A stretch of 64,000 nt of DNA from Amphiscolops sp. MND2022. Its lineage: Eukaryota. The stretch lies in NCBI GenBank assembly GCA_964187785.1, contig OZ076409.1, positions 80,602,001 to 80,666,000 on the forward strand. Reading direction: 5' to 3'. The number at the start of each line of letters is the position of its first letter. The stretch's first letter is position 1. This document shows, one piece after another, positions 9,501 through 21,169 of the stretch. The notes under the pieces were generated by a model. The model saw only the letters and a program-made list of their open reading frames with translations. It searched no databases and was not told where the DNA came from. A program made the translations under genes and the position numbers.

Positions 9501-12500
9501 TGAGACTTTTTTCGCAAATATCTCCCAAAGGGTCCACCCTTCATTTTTTTGTCTATTTTGCAAAAGAATGGATGTTAAAAAACTTCCAAAGGGCCCCATT
9601 TTACATGTTTCGGCACTATGCGACTTACGGGAGACCAAAAAAATTTAAAAAATTTCAAAAACGGAATTTTTTTTCAATTTTTCCTCAAACGGGTACTGTA
9701 GAAGAGAATACTTGACACTGAAGTCCTTTTGTTATTTTTGAGCCTTAGATATGGCGCCGACTTGGGCCGTTCCCGGCTTGTTACTTCAATAAGCGTCGTG
9801 TTCGTCTTCATAGAAAAATGCTGCACAGAAGTAGCTATTAGTTGATGAAGTTATCACGTTCCTTTGCAGAAAATTACACTTTCAAGGAAATCTCAAATCC
9901 AAGGAAGGAAAATAGTGATTTGATGAAATGTCAAAATGATGACGTCGTTCAATGTGTGAAGTTCTGAAAGGCACAGTCAGGGAGAGGAAAATACATGAGA
10001 ATAAAAAAATAGTAATAGGATTCAGTATCATCTTATCTTGACCTCACTTGAAGCAGCTATTTTTGTCTCCAGTTTCGTGTTGTCCAAATATCATGCATGG
10101 CTATATTTTCTTCCCTGTAGTGTGAAATGTATTCATGTATTAATTTAGTTCCGTTTAAAAAGCTCTTCATTTTGAATAAATTGAATCAGGAAGGAAATTG
10201 ACAACGAGCAGCGCGATAATTCGAGTTATGACAAAATTTTAATCATCAATTCAATTCACATGGAAACCGTCTCCCGTTTCACTGTGATTGATGACCGTTA
10301 AGCTCTGAAAACGGTAAAAGATGCAGTAGATCTTCTATTTAAGTGAAATTTCTGGAATAATACCTTGCTAATGAAATCCAAAACTTATGAATCGGTTTCA
10401 TCTTGATATTGTCCAAGGTATAGATCCAAATATAAAGCTACTTTCGCTTTTTTTTGGTTTAAAAAGTACGGGTGTGTAAATTGGTGGTAGTACAAATTCT
10501 GTCCTGAATTGGGTTTTTTACAAAGATTCCTCTCGATCACAGAACCATGTTTCGTAATTTAATTCAAAATGATCTGAAACAAAAATAGAACTGGCCGTCA
10601 GCACTATGCTCTGTAGTATACCTGTTGCTTTAATAATTAACTTGCTGAATAGAATATTATTATTATGTTGCATTTTACTGCTTGACGTACTGAAAAGTCC
10701 TATTGATTTGTGTTGTTTTAGTGCCATCATTGCCATGGACAAAGATCTGTTCAAGAAGAATATGTCCAGTTTCATTTTATCGATGCCTTTGCTCGCCATC
10801 ACTAACAACATCCTCAAAGTGAGAACACTTGACACTCTTTGTTTTTTCGCTCATTACTCGAAAGTAGGAGTCAAACACTGGCTGGTCTTCTCTGTTTCAG
10901 TATTCTCTCAATTCTCTGCAGTTATCATTCCGAGTGCGTCTCACCAACTATTTGTACGACCAATACCTTGAGTTAGTATTATTACCGTTGCCATTCCTGA
11001 TTATTACACTTGCGATAAGTAAGTGTTATGGGAAAGTGCGAGCGCTTTTTTTCCGGGCGACAACTTTCTCGTTTCACGCGGCAAGTCGCACAGATCACGC
11101 GTTAAGTTGCACAGATCAAGTGGTAATATGTTTGCTTTACAACCCAGACGTTTCGTGTTCGAACCCGTGCGTATGCGCTTTTTTACAAGTATTCCGAAGC
11201 AGAAGGTTCTCACTTTTTTCGGCACTATGAGACTCCCCCTTTTTCGGCTTTGTGAGACTTTTTTCGAAAATTTTTTAATGTCCCCAAAGTGTCCTCCCTC
11301 CAATTTGTTTGATATTTTGCAACCGAACGAATGTTAGAAAATCCCTTTTTTTCTGATTTTTCGGCACTATGACACTATTTCTCAATTTTTTGTTTTTTTT
11401 TCAAAAATTTTTCGAAAGTCTCCAAACGGTCTCTTCAGTTTTTTGAAATTTTGCAACACAATGGATGTTGAAAAATCTCAAAGGGCCCCCCTTTCACAGT
11501 TTTCGGCTTTGTGAGATTTTTCAAAAGGAATAATTTTTGTCTTGAAATTAGGTTTTCTCAGGGCCAGCACGCTATATCCGATTTTTTTAAAAGACCGTGT
11601 TTTTCGATGCGATTTTTTAAAATTCGCTTTCATCGAAGCCCCCTCAAATTTACAAGAAAGGAAATGTTTTGCGAGCGTAAAGGACTCCTCAACGTTTTCG
11701 GTACTATGCGACTTACCGGAGACCTTCATCAAAAAATTTTCAAAAAATGTCGAAAAATTTTTTCGTCAATTTTGTTTTTTTTCAGAGGTTTTCCGAGAAA
11801 GATGGTTTTTTTGCTGTTTCCAGTTGGGGAAGAAGGGTTTTCGAGACTTATGCGTAGCCTACGGGTATTTTTTGGGTTGTAAAATTGATGAAATTTTAAC
11901 ATTATTGTCCTTTTACGCTTGGTTGTCCGTATGATACTGCTTATTTGGTTTTCTTTTGAAAAGTTCACAACTTTCTTCGCAAGTGTTTGCGAAGCACGGC
12001 TTACCCTCTGTGTTCAATTTTGATCAATTGCGGTGACTCCAACTGACAGAGAGCAGAGAGCGAACCCAGGTCATACAATTGATATTTTGATGGTTTCATT
12101 GTTGAAGTTCTTTATTCATTCAGTAGCCGACGGATGTGACATACTACCGCAATCACTTAACAAATGGAAACTGGGTCGTTTCATTAGAAGTAGATGTGTT
12201 TTCGCCTTGTATCGGAGAACTACTTGTATTCCGTTTTCGAAATTTTAGGTTTATAGCTTCAATGTCTGATTTAATAGCTGGTAGTTTTCGTCAAAATGTG
12301 TGGTTGAGATTCGTCGCAGAATCTAAGCCATGGTTCACCCACCTGGTCAAATTTTAACTGAACTACTGAAACAGAGTTCGACTTGTTTTTTTTTCCGTTT
12401 CAGGAAATTAGTTTACTACAAGATGAACAACTTGGATGGCCGCATCTCAAACCCGGACCAACTCCTGACCCAAGACGTTGAGAAGTTTTGTGCCACCATC

Positions 12501-15500
12501 ACGGAGTTGTACTCCAACCTGAGCAAGCCTCTTCTCGACATTGTCATCTACGCCACTAAACTGACAAGGACTCTTGGTGGCCATGCCCCGTTGGCCATGG
12601 TCGGCTATTTGTTGGTCAGTGGCACCTTCCTCACCCGCCTTCGCAGACCTGTGAGCAGAATGACCGTGGAGGAACAGAAGTTGGAGGGCGAATACAGATT
12701 TGTCAACTCTCGATTAATTACTCACAAGTAAGGTTCATCTTTTAGAGTAGCTTTATATAAGACCGTTTTGTCACTGAGTGAGTCACGGGTTTCTAGCTAA
12801 GTTTCAGTATTTTCGAAATTGGTAGAAAGTTGTGTGTTTCAGCGAAGAAATCGCTTTTTACGATGGGAGTTCCTTCGAAAAGAAAACCATACAGAATGTA
12901 TTCCAAAGACTGGTGAGCTAATTCGTATTTTTTATCAAAAATATTCGTACTTCGCAATTTCCAATTTTCATCCCATTTTTAGGTTACTCACCTAAAAAGT
13001 ATGATCCTGTTCAGATTCAACATGGGTTTTGTCGACAACATTGTTGCAAAATGTTAGTCATTTGCAGTATCGTCTGACTTCTTTCGTATTGACGTGGGGT
13101 CTTAATAATTTGGAACTTTCAATTAGTTTCCTAATTATTCCTGTTTAGACGTGGCTACTGTTGTTGGATTTTACATTGTCAGTTATCCTTTCTTGGTGCC
13201 TCGGTCTCGCTTCGCGGGTCTAACACACAGCGATCGTCTAGAAGACTACTACAAGTCAGGACGAATGCTTCTCAAAATGGCCCAAGCTCTGGGAAGAGTA
13301 GCTTTGGCAGGTCGAGATCTTTCGAGGCTGGCAGGACTAACAAGTCGGGTGAACCAATTATTGGAGGTTTTGCAGGACCTTAAAAAGGACACCTTCAAGC
13401 GTCAGCAAGTTGAAACTAGTTAGTATGTGTTTTTGCGAATTGCTTTTGTATTGCCATGGTATCTTGTTTTTTTTTCATAAAGCTCACAAATGAGTCAATT
13501 TTCTTGATATTATCGTGTTTGCCGAATACAGGTAACTTGGGCTCGTTACAGTTCATTTTTGAAGCTCAAGGGTAATGAAAATTTGTTACAAATTAACTTG
13601 AAAGATAATGACCTGTGCAAAGTCCGAATTTGAAGAGTTGTAACCTGTTCCTTTTGGCAAGAAGTATTTCACTGGTATGTTCCCATTGGAACGTTGTTTC
13701 TAACAGTCAATTAATTTGTATTTAAATAAGGTATGAGTTTTTGTTCGAAATTTCATTCGAATTCTAATTTCATGTTTTTTCCAGGTGAGCAGAAATCTTC
13801 CATGGTGTCACAACAATCAAGTGCATCTTTGAGCGGTTTAGCAACTACAGAAGAGTACAAGGAGCTCACACTTGCTGATTTTGGTCTCGACATCAAGAGC
13901 CGAGGCAGAACTATACTTTCGGATGGAGTCATCAAGTAATGTCACTCGCTTCACTCAATAGTGAAAGTTGCTTTTTAAAACAAATATTGAAATTTATGCC
14001 GTATTTGGCAGGTTTGAAAACGTCCCATTAGTTGCGCCTAACGGAAGTGTCCTAATCGAGTCTCTTGATTTTGAAATCAAACACGGAGAAAATGTGCTGG
14101 TCAAGGGACCCAATGGGTGCGGTAAGAGCTCCTTATTCAGAGTTCTTGGAGGACTCTGGCCTGTCTTCTCTGGAACTGTCATCAAACCTGCCAGGAGAAA
14201 TCTATTTTACATTCCTCAAGTAAGTGATGAATGATGCCCACAGAGGAAACTGGTCGACAGCTTCAAAAAGTGTTTTTGTACTCAAATCTCCCTTATTGCT
14301 AAGATCTTGTCCAAATTTTGGTCGTTAATCATATGAAATCACATTCTCCGTTATTAATGAAATTGGTTCCTGATGGTGATGCAGAAGTGAAAAGTTGTAG
14401 CAAATAACGGATCTTTCATCAAGACGTTTTTCAACGTTTCCAATTATTGATTAGACCAACTACTGTAACATAAAAGATCCCCAATTGTTTAATTGGTTTC
14501 AGAAACCATACATGACACTTGGAACCTTCAGAGACCAACTTATCTACCCCGATACAGTTCAAGACATGAAGCGGAAGCATATCCGCGATTCAGATCTGGA
14601 GACAATCATTGAACAGGTTGGATTTTCAAATGAAGGCTTCTTTTACACTGTAATAGATATTTTGATAGTTTTGTCTGGTGTCTGTCTTTCATTATAAAAC
14701 AAGGTCTACTTTGATAGCTCCGTAAAACAAACTCTAATGTGTACTGTAATTCACTCCAAGTCCATTTTAATCAATTCGCTAGTGGAAACTCCAATGCATG
14801 TCTAATAGTATCATCGTGCCATAAAATCTGGAATGTGACAGTCGTCAAATATTGACATCAGTTACTTAATCGTGTTCAGTTAATTAAGACTTTCATGTGA
14901 TCAAATACTGACCGTTGCATTTGTCTGCTCTTGATTATAGCCAAAATCACGAAGAAAAGTCAAATCGGTGCTGAAACAATGTTGATGTTTTTTATGAATG
15001 TTTTCTTGCCGATTGTATAATCAGCTTTTTTCAGGCTAATTTAACGAAGGTATTGAACAGTCACGGGTGGGACAAAATTGCCGAGTGGATTGACGTTCTC
15101 AGTGGTGGAGAGAAACAAAGAATGGCCGTACGTCTATTCAGTTCTTAACCTAGTAGTCGTTACAGTGTCTTCAATGCAAAACTAGGATTTTTCCAAATTA
15201 CGTCCAGATTGATTGCTGCACTTACTTGAGTTTGATTTTTTAGCGTGGCTATAAGGCAGGGGTGCGTTGGTTCAAATTCCAGCATGGACAATATTTTTCT
15301 GATTTTTACGAAAGTAACACCCTTTGAGTTTTTGGCACTAAGCGACTTATTAAAATTATTTCTGCGATAGCAAGAATAATATAGAAATCTGAGCTATGCA
15401 ACTTTTTTTCAGTCCACATTTATTAGCGATACGAGTGCGGGGGCTTCCCACGAAGCAGAATATTCACTAAGCCGAAAAAACGAAAGTATTCACTAAGCCG

Positions 15501-17690
15501 AAAAAACGAAAGTATTCACTAAGCCGAAAAAACGAAAGTATTCACTAAGCCGAAAATTACGTAGCACTGTAGAATTCTCTGCAATCTAATTGGCTGACGC
15601 GGGCGGACCGGAACGAAGTCCGTTCCGAAATTTTTTTAAAATGAAATTTTCAATTTCCCCCAGTCAGCTATGTTCACATACTCCTAGTGCCCTAAATGCA
15701 GGAGCGAAGCGAAGCGGAGCGACGTGCCATGTGGCCATGCCTCAATGTTGCTACCTGGCGAAGGGAGCGAAGCGACCGAGCCATACAACAAATATTCTAA
15801 TCTAATCAAATAAATCAAGTTCCAAACATATTGGCTGTAACAGTACACATTTCATTGTATTTTTCGGCTTAGTGAATACTTTCAATTTTTCGGCTTAGTG
15901 AATATTCTGCTTCGTGACACCCCACCACGAGTGCCTACTCAGTGAACAGATATTTTGTTCGGCAGTGAGTATAAGCGTTAGATTCAAATTTCTCAACTGC
16001 GGACAACAATTCGTTTCTCGTGCGATGAAACGAGTGAGTGGTAAGTATGTATTCGTACGCCGAATTCCTTGAGATGAAGCGAGCAAATGTTCGTAATTAT
16101 GCTTCCGTACGCTGAGTTATTGAAATGAAGCGATCGATTGTTGATTATTCGTTCGCCGAGAGCTTCGCCATTCAAATGCGAATACGAAACTTCGTCTACG
16201 CCTAGGAGTATTATTTTCTTTAGTCCGAGAAGAATTGAAGGCGGTGTAAACTGGTACAGTGATTAATTGTGCTATAGAACGATTATTAACGATGGGGAAC
16301 CTGGGTTCGATGTCAGATTTAGCGAGAAACTGGGATTCAATTTATAAATGGGTTATGGAACTGGAAAATGAAGGAATTGTTACAGGGGATGTAAAATCAG
16401 CCTTCGGAGATCCTCTTGCACAGGACAAACTTCCAATGCTTTTGCCCCTTGAACCAGCATTGGAAGTGCAAAAAACTTCAAACACAGGGATTAACGCCAT
16501 TGCAGCAATTTGATTTATTACAAGAATTTTCTGATGCAGTGTATGGCACATGCGGAAGAGATTTCTAAAAGTTAGAAAAAATGCCGGGCCTTGAGTTTGT
16601 ACGTCGAAATTCGACATCATATTTGTATGCTTCTTTATTTTCATGCGAACTGGAGAGACTTTTTAGTCTCATGAAGGCAAAGGAAATCAACGCAGCAAAT
16701 ATAACTCAGAAAAATTTGCAAAAATTCTTGTTCATTCGTCTGATTTAATTCAACTATTTGAGCAACTATTTCGTTTCTTTTTCTCAACTATATAGTTAAC
16801 TATTAGACGATTTAAATTACCTAAAAATCCGGTCCCTGATGATTAACAGGAGTTTTTTGTTATTCCAGATATGCTTCTATTAATGAACACGAAAGCCTAA
16901 AAGCAGAAATAATAGTGCCCCGCAGAGGCCAGTTTTGAAAAAAGTATTTTCGAGTCTCCGGGTGTTTTTTGGCACTTTATGATAATAGAAAAGTTTCTGA
17001 ATAGTTGTCCCTTGAATATTTCAAACACTTTGTTCTTTTTGTACCTTGAGCAGGGCGCCGACTTGGGCCGTTCCCGGCTTGCTTGGTGTCACGTCGTATT
17101 GACAAGGTATATCAATGTTATTTAGATGGCCAGGTTGTTTTACCACAGACCTCATTGGGCTATTTTGGACGAGTGTTCGAGCCAGATTTCTGTGGACACT
17201 GAGTGCCAGTTGTATGATATCTGCAGAGAGAAGAACATCAGCCTCATAACAGTATCACATCGTGACACTCTGTGGGGTCACCACGAGGTCAGTTTTTCAA
17301 TTCTCATCCAAATTCGTCTACAAATATCAGAGCAGCCGCATTCCATTTTTTGGGATTAAGAATAAAATCTTGGTGAAATTTAAGTGGTAGTTTGTAGTGT
17401 GAGCACAATGGGTTTCGAATAGTAGCCAAAGCTTTCACGAAGTGAACGCCTTCTGAACGATTTGAATATGATGTCCTCATGACTTAATCACCAAAAACGG
17501 CAATCATTTTCATAATGAAGTGAGAAAAGCTGATTTCAAGGATTAATGGGAGCAACAAAAAGCACTGGTTTATGGAATAGTTTATCGTATCGCCCATCGT
17601 TTTTCATGATTTTAGAAGTGTCTCAAGTTCACCAACGATCGCCGAGTCATACTAATTGATGTGGTGGACGGCGTGGAACCGCGTGAATAA
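3599..17690 (+). CDS. ABCD3: Peroxisomal ABC half-transporter, ABCD3/PMP70-like (13 exons visible; N-terminal exons not found in the window)
   Basis: GT-AG exons in consistent phase: 3599-3668, 10722-10818, 10901-10971, 12404-12727, 12843-12912, 12983-13052, 13149-13418, 13785-13935, 14012-14219, 14503-14616, 15035-15127, 17126-17287, 17616-17690 (TAA). Motifs: NPDQLLTQDVEKF, EAA-like EGEYRFVNSRLITHNEEIAFY, Walker A GPNGCGKS, Q-loop YIPQKPYM, signature LSGGEKQR, Walker B AILDEC, H-loop VSHR. AATAAA at 17785-17790. Confidence 0.9.
4740..5360 (-). pseudogene. Frameshifted hAT transposase C-terminal remnant
   Basis: Overlapping short minus-strand ORFs (4524-4904, 4861-5076, 5089-5283) containing SEAAMERVFS, all within the TIR-bounded element. 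Confidence 0.7.
5369..6453 (-). mobile_element. Helentron/DINE-1-like non-autonomous repeat (family A), with a second copy (5814-6404) nested inside
   Basis: Two AACAA(G/C)ACGGGAAC...AAGGCTCAAAAA ends and two TAGTCGGGCTCTTTTC...GAAAAGCGCCGACTA-type hairpin ends, in nested order. Confidence 0.7.
7805..7951 (+). mobile_element. Minimal copy of Helentron/DINE-1-like family A
   Basis: Start TTTTTAGTCGGCGC...CCCGACTA and end AGCGCCGACTTCAGACGTTCTCGTATTGTT, only ~150 bp apart. Confidence 0.65.
7951..8400 (-). pseudogene. Decayed 3' fragment of a CR1/L2-like LINE ORF2
   Basis: VHEMYVVELVRELFRQLKGKSP resembles VYELFTNEVVSEVFGEARSDSP, which lies at the tail of the LINE remnant near 38500. Confidence 0.4.
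8723..9224 (+). mobile_element. Helentron/DINE-1-like family A copy
   Basis: 5' T-run plus AGTCGGCGCT in a hairpin; 3' AGCGCCGACT plus CGTTCTCGTCTTGTT. The first ~120 bp are near-identical to the reverse complement of ~62960-63075. Confidence 0.72.
9255..9782 (+). mobile_element. Helentron/DINE-1-like family A copy with an internal tRNA-like B box
   Basis: Same termini as the other family A copies; GGGTTCGAGTCCC at ~9447-9459. Confidence 0.7.
11001..12014 (+). mobile_element. Helentron/DINE-1-like repeat (family C) in an ABCD3 intron
   Basis: Subterminal inverted repeat ACACTTGCGA (11006-11015) / TCGCAAGTGT (11977-11986), then GCGAAGCACGGCTT and the terminus CTCTGTGTT, as in family B. Interior modules (TTTCGGCACT.., AAGGG..CCCC) are shared with family A. 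Confidence 0.62.
15449..15916. mobile_element. Foldback/MITE-like element with 30-bp TIRs and a 26-bp tandem array
   Basis: CACGAAGCAGAATATTCACTAAGCCGAAAA at the left end is inverted at the right end. TATTCACTAAGCCGAAAAAACGAAAG occurs ~3.7 times at 15461-15556. No TSD recognised. Confidence 0.7.
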
Positions 17691-18319
17691 TACCTCATAT
17701 TTCAACTTCATCTATTCGCCAACTGGACCCTCTAGAATTCATCCATTAATTATTTTCCTGATTTTCTTAAAATTTGATTTTAAAAATAAATTTATAAAAT
17801 TTATATCATATTGACAGTATTTTCAATATTTTTGCGTCAGGCAGAAAATTTATTGTAACGCGGCCAGCCTCCTTTTTCTTACTGAATTATCTCTACATTT
17901 TGTTTTCCCGCTGTCTATAGTCGAAAGCTCTTAGACCGAAAGGAAACCTATCCAAGCAGTCAGCCAAATTTTCTGAGTTCGCCTTTTCGCAAATTTCAAA
18001 CAATGAAAATGTTTTTGAGGAATTTGTTCAGAATTGGAAGAATTACTGCCGGAAATTTTTAAAATGATTTCATCCTGAAAGCATGCGGAGTGAGTTTCTT
18101 GAAATTTATTTGCAAGTTTTTGCAGTTGCACAAATTTTAGTGAGCCCGCAGTGGCCGATTTAAAAGAAAACTCCACACCAATTAGATAATCCGTAGGTAG
18201 ATGTCTGATATGTTCTCATCAACGGTTTTTTTCAGATTTTGAAATGCTTTGTCCACATGTAGATCTTCAAATGAATCATAACTGATCTTAGCTCGTGATA
18301 TTGAAGTGATTCAATCAAA

Positions 18320-21169
18320 ATGTTTTCGAGGGTGAAAGAAGGATTCAAGTCTACTGTGACAACAATCGGGACTGCTTTGAGTAACCCGTTGGCCAGGGAA
18401 TACGAAATCGGAAACCAGCTAGCCAGTGGAGGCACTGGTCTGTCATGGAAAGTTTACGAGGGCAAGAAAAGGTCAACTGGTCAAGAAGTTAGTATCTGGT
18501 TATTCGAAAAACGACAGTTTGACCGAATGATGAAGCGCGATCAACAAGTTGTGTTCGAAACTCTGAAGAAAGGAGTTCAACAGTTAACTAGACTAAGACA
18601 TCCGAAGCTTTTAGTTGTAGAGCACGGTATAGAAGAATCCAGGGATTCGCTAGCTTTTGCCACGGAACCCGTTTTTGCGAGTTTGTCGAACATTCTTGGT
18701 TGTCATTCAAATCTTCCTTCACCCATTCCAAGAGACTTAAAAGAGTACGAATTGTTTGAAACAGAATTGAAATACGGGTTGCTGCAGATAACTGAAGGTT
18801 TATCGTTTTTACACAACGATGTGAAAATGATTCATGGTAATATTTGCCCTGATAATGTTGTTTTGAACAAAATCGGGGCTTGGAAATTAGCTGGCTTCGA
18901 TTGTTGCATGACTAACCAAACCCCAAGTGAACCGGAACCTAAGTTCAAGTTCCAGGGATGGGACCCAGATTTGCCAATACCAGCCAAACCTGCTCTGGAT
19001 TATCTGGCGCCGGAATACGTGTTGTCTCAATCTGCCGACAGAAGCAGTGATATGTTTTCCTTAGGCATGGTATTCTATACAGTGTTCAACAGAGGTAAAC
19101 CCTTGTACGAAAACGATCATGTGTTATCCACTTTTCAGAAAAACGTTTTGCAGTTATCGACCTTAACTTCTCTCAAGGTTTTGAAGTGCATTCCAGAGGA
19201 TGTGAGAGAACACGTTGGTATGCTTCTTAGCCCTGATCCTGATTGTAGACCGGATGCAAACCAGTTATCCAAAATTCCTTTTTTCCAAGATGTGGGAGCT
19301 GTCACCTTGCAATATCTGGATACTTTGTTCCAGTGGGACAAAGCACAAAGAACCAGCTTCTACAAAGGTCTCAAGAAAGTTTTGGAAAAACTTCCTCATA
19401 GAGTACTTTTGCAACGTGTTCTGCCTTCGATTGCGCAAGAATTATGCAACAAAGATATGGTGTTGTTCGTGTTACCCAATATATTGTTTATTGCCGAAAA
19501 GTGTTCCAAAGAGGAGTATATTGCAAAGGTTCTTCCGCATATGAGAGAAGTGTTTTTGATGCCCGAGCCGATCCAAATTATCTACATATGCGTTCAGAAG
19601 ATGGATGTTCTTTTGGCGAAAACGCCAATCGAGGATGTGAGAAGCCATCTGTTTCCTATGCTGTATAGATCTCTAGACTCGAATGATACTAAAATTCAAG
19701 AGCTCAGTCTTAAAGTGATTCCAACTTTTGCTGCTCAAATTGATTTTCCAACAATGAAGAATCAAGTTATCTCTCGTCTGAAACGAATTTGCCTGGAAAC
19801 AACCATTTTGAGTGTCAGAGTGAATTGTTTAGTTTGTTTGGGGAAAGTGTTGGAATATCTTGACCGCTGGTTTGTACAAGATGATATTCTGCCATTCACA
19901 AAGACTATTCCTTCCCATGAACCTGCTGTTTTGATGGCTGTTCTTGGAATTTATCAAGTGACTCTGGAAAATCCTAAACTGGGAATGAGTAAAGATACCA
20001 TGGCATCCAAAGGCATTCCGTTTCTGCTGCCACTTGCAATTGACAGCCAGCTGAATTTACGCCAGTTCCAGAAATATATGGTGGTGATCAAAAAGATGTT
20101 GGAGCAAATTGAAACTGAGCAAACTACCAAGTTGGAACAGGTTTCAGCTTATGAGAGGGAACAGAATCAAGCAATGGATCAGATTATGAATGAAAGTGGT
20201 AGCAGTGATAATCCAGATTCCATATTTTCGTCCATTATGGCTGAAAAATCGAATGATCCATCCAAAGAGCTCAAAGCAATTGGTTCTGGATTAGATGAGT
20301 TGTTCGGAGGTGATAGCAAGAACAATTCGCCGAAGCGGTCCCAGAATCCGGAAACAAATGGGCACAGTAGTACCTCAAAAACAAGCCCTGTGAAGCAGAA
20401 TCTGTCGCTTGAGCAAAAACAGAAATTGATGAAAGACAAAGAAATCATGAAAAATTTGGAGAAGCAAAACCCACTTGAAGCAAACAGAGTAGAATTGAAA
20501 CAAAAGGCTATAACAGCCCCGAAGAACTTGACAGACTCATTACCGGCAATGCAATCAATGAACAATTTCTCGCAACAGCAAAATATATCTGGAGCACCTA
20601 ATTATAACATATCTGCTTTTAGTGGTTCCTCGTTGAACAGTTCGGGTCCTCAAAATATGACTGGGAAGCCAAACTACATGTTAAACAGTGGCAACGAACC
20701 GATGAGCAGCAGTTTAGTTTTACATCCCATGAGTTCACAATTCAATCAGCAGCATCAGTTGGCACCATTCGGACAGCCTTTGGATAACGGTGCCATGGCC
20801 AATCAGAATGTCCCAAAAGGCCCCTCTTCGTTGGATGCACTTAGTGTTTTACCCGCTTCTAAACAGGGTGGATTTTCCGGTACCAACTGGAATGCATCTC
20901 CTCAATTTACTCAACAGCAAATGCAAGCTTCTATGCATAATCAGCAGCAAGCCCAGTTTCGAGCTATGAACCCCTCTTTTACTCATGCACAAAATGGAGT
21001 CCCAATTGCGAATTCAGTGCGTCCAGCAGGTGGTCCCATGTTGAATCCCCTGTCGACGCCTCAGTTTTCCCAACAGTTTCTATCTCAACACCAGACGCAG
21101 TCTTTCAACCCTTCTGCTGCTAAAACAACTCCTCTATCCTCTAACGATATTGATTCTTTCCTCAATTAG
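18320..21169 (+). CDS. SCYL2: SCY1-like protein 2 (CVAK104) pseudokinase, 949 aa, single coding exon
   Basis: N-terminal pseudokinase with SCYL2-type motifs (NPLAREYEIG, ASGGTGLSWKVY, LTRLRHP, EESRDSLAFATEPVFASL, IHGNICP, WKLAGFD, LDYLAPE), a HEAT-like helical middle (SVRVNCLVCLGK, EPAVLMAVLGIY), a coiled coil, and a Q/N/S/P-rich tail. Confidence 0.95.
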   Translation: MFSRVKEGFKSTVTTIGTALSNPLAREYEIGNQLASGGTGLSWKVYEGKKRSTGQEVSIWLFEKRQFDRMMKRDQQVVFETLKKGVQQLTRLRHPKLLVVEHGIEESRDSLAFATEPVFASLSNILGCHSNLPSPIPRDLKEYELFETELKYGLLQITEGLSFLHNDVKMIHGNICPDNVVLNKIGAWKLAGFDCCMTNQTPSEPEPKFKFQGWDPDLPIPAKPALDYLAPEYVLSQSADRSSDMFSLGMVFYTVFNRGKPLYENDHVLSTFQKNVLQLSTLTSLKVLKCIPEDVREHVGMLLSPDPDCRPDANQLSKIPFFQDVGAVTLQYLDTLFQWDKAQRTSFYKGLKKVLEKLPHRVLLQRVLPSIAQELCNKDMVLFVLPNILFIAEKCSKEEYIAKVLPHMREVFLMPEPIQIIYICVQKMDVLLAKTPIEDVRSHLFPMLYRSLDSNDTKIQELSLKVIPTFAAQIDFPTMKNQVISRLKRICLETTILSVRVNCLVCLGKVLEYLDRWFVQDDILPFTKTIPSHEPAVLMAVLGIYQVTLENPKLGMSKDTMASKGIPFLLPLAIDSQLNLRQFQKYMVVIKKMLEQIETEQTTKLEQVSAYEREQNQAMDQIMNESGSSDNPDSIFSSIMAEKSNDPSKELKAIGSGLDELFGGDSKNNSPKRSQNPETNGHSSTSKTSPVKQNLSLEQKQKLMKDKEIMKNLEKQNPLEANRVELKQKAITAPKNLTDSLPAMQSMNNFSQQQNISGAPNYNISAFSGSSLNSSGPQNMTGKPNYMLNSGNEPMSSSLVLHPMSSQFNQQHQLAPFGQPLDNGAMANQNVPKGPSSLDALSVLPASKQGGFSGTNWNASPQFTQQQMQASMHNQQQAQFRAMNPSFTHAQNGVPIANSVRPAGGPMLNPLSTPQFSQQFLSQHQTQSFNPSAAKTTPLSSNDIDSFLN

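Noticed and set aside
15461..15556. 26-bp direct repeats as a CRISPR array
   Set aside because: The units are contiguous with no unique spacers, the context is eukaryotic, and they belong to a TIR element.
16259..16513. 84-aa ORF in an ABCD3 intron as an extra exon or nested gene
   Set aside because: The flanking ABCD3 exons join in frame without it (QRMA|MARLF) and no domain is recognisable; probably TE debris.
19135..20565. Overlapping and antisense ORFs within SCYL2
   Set aside because: These are shadow ORFs of a long coding sequence.
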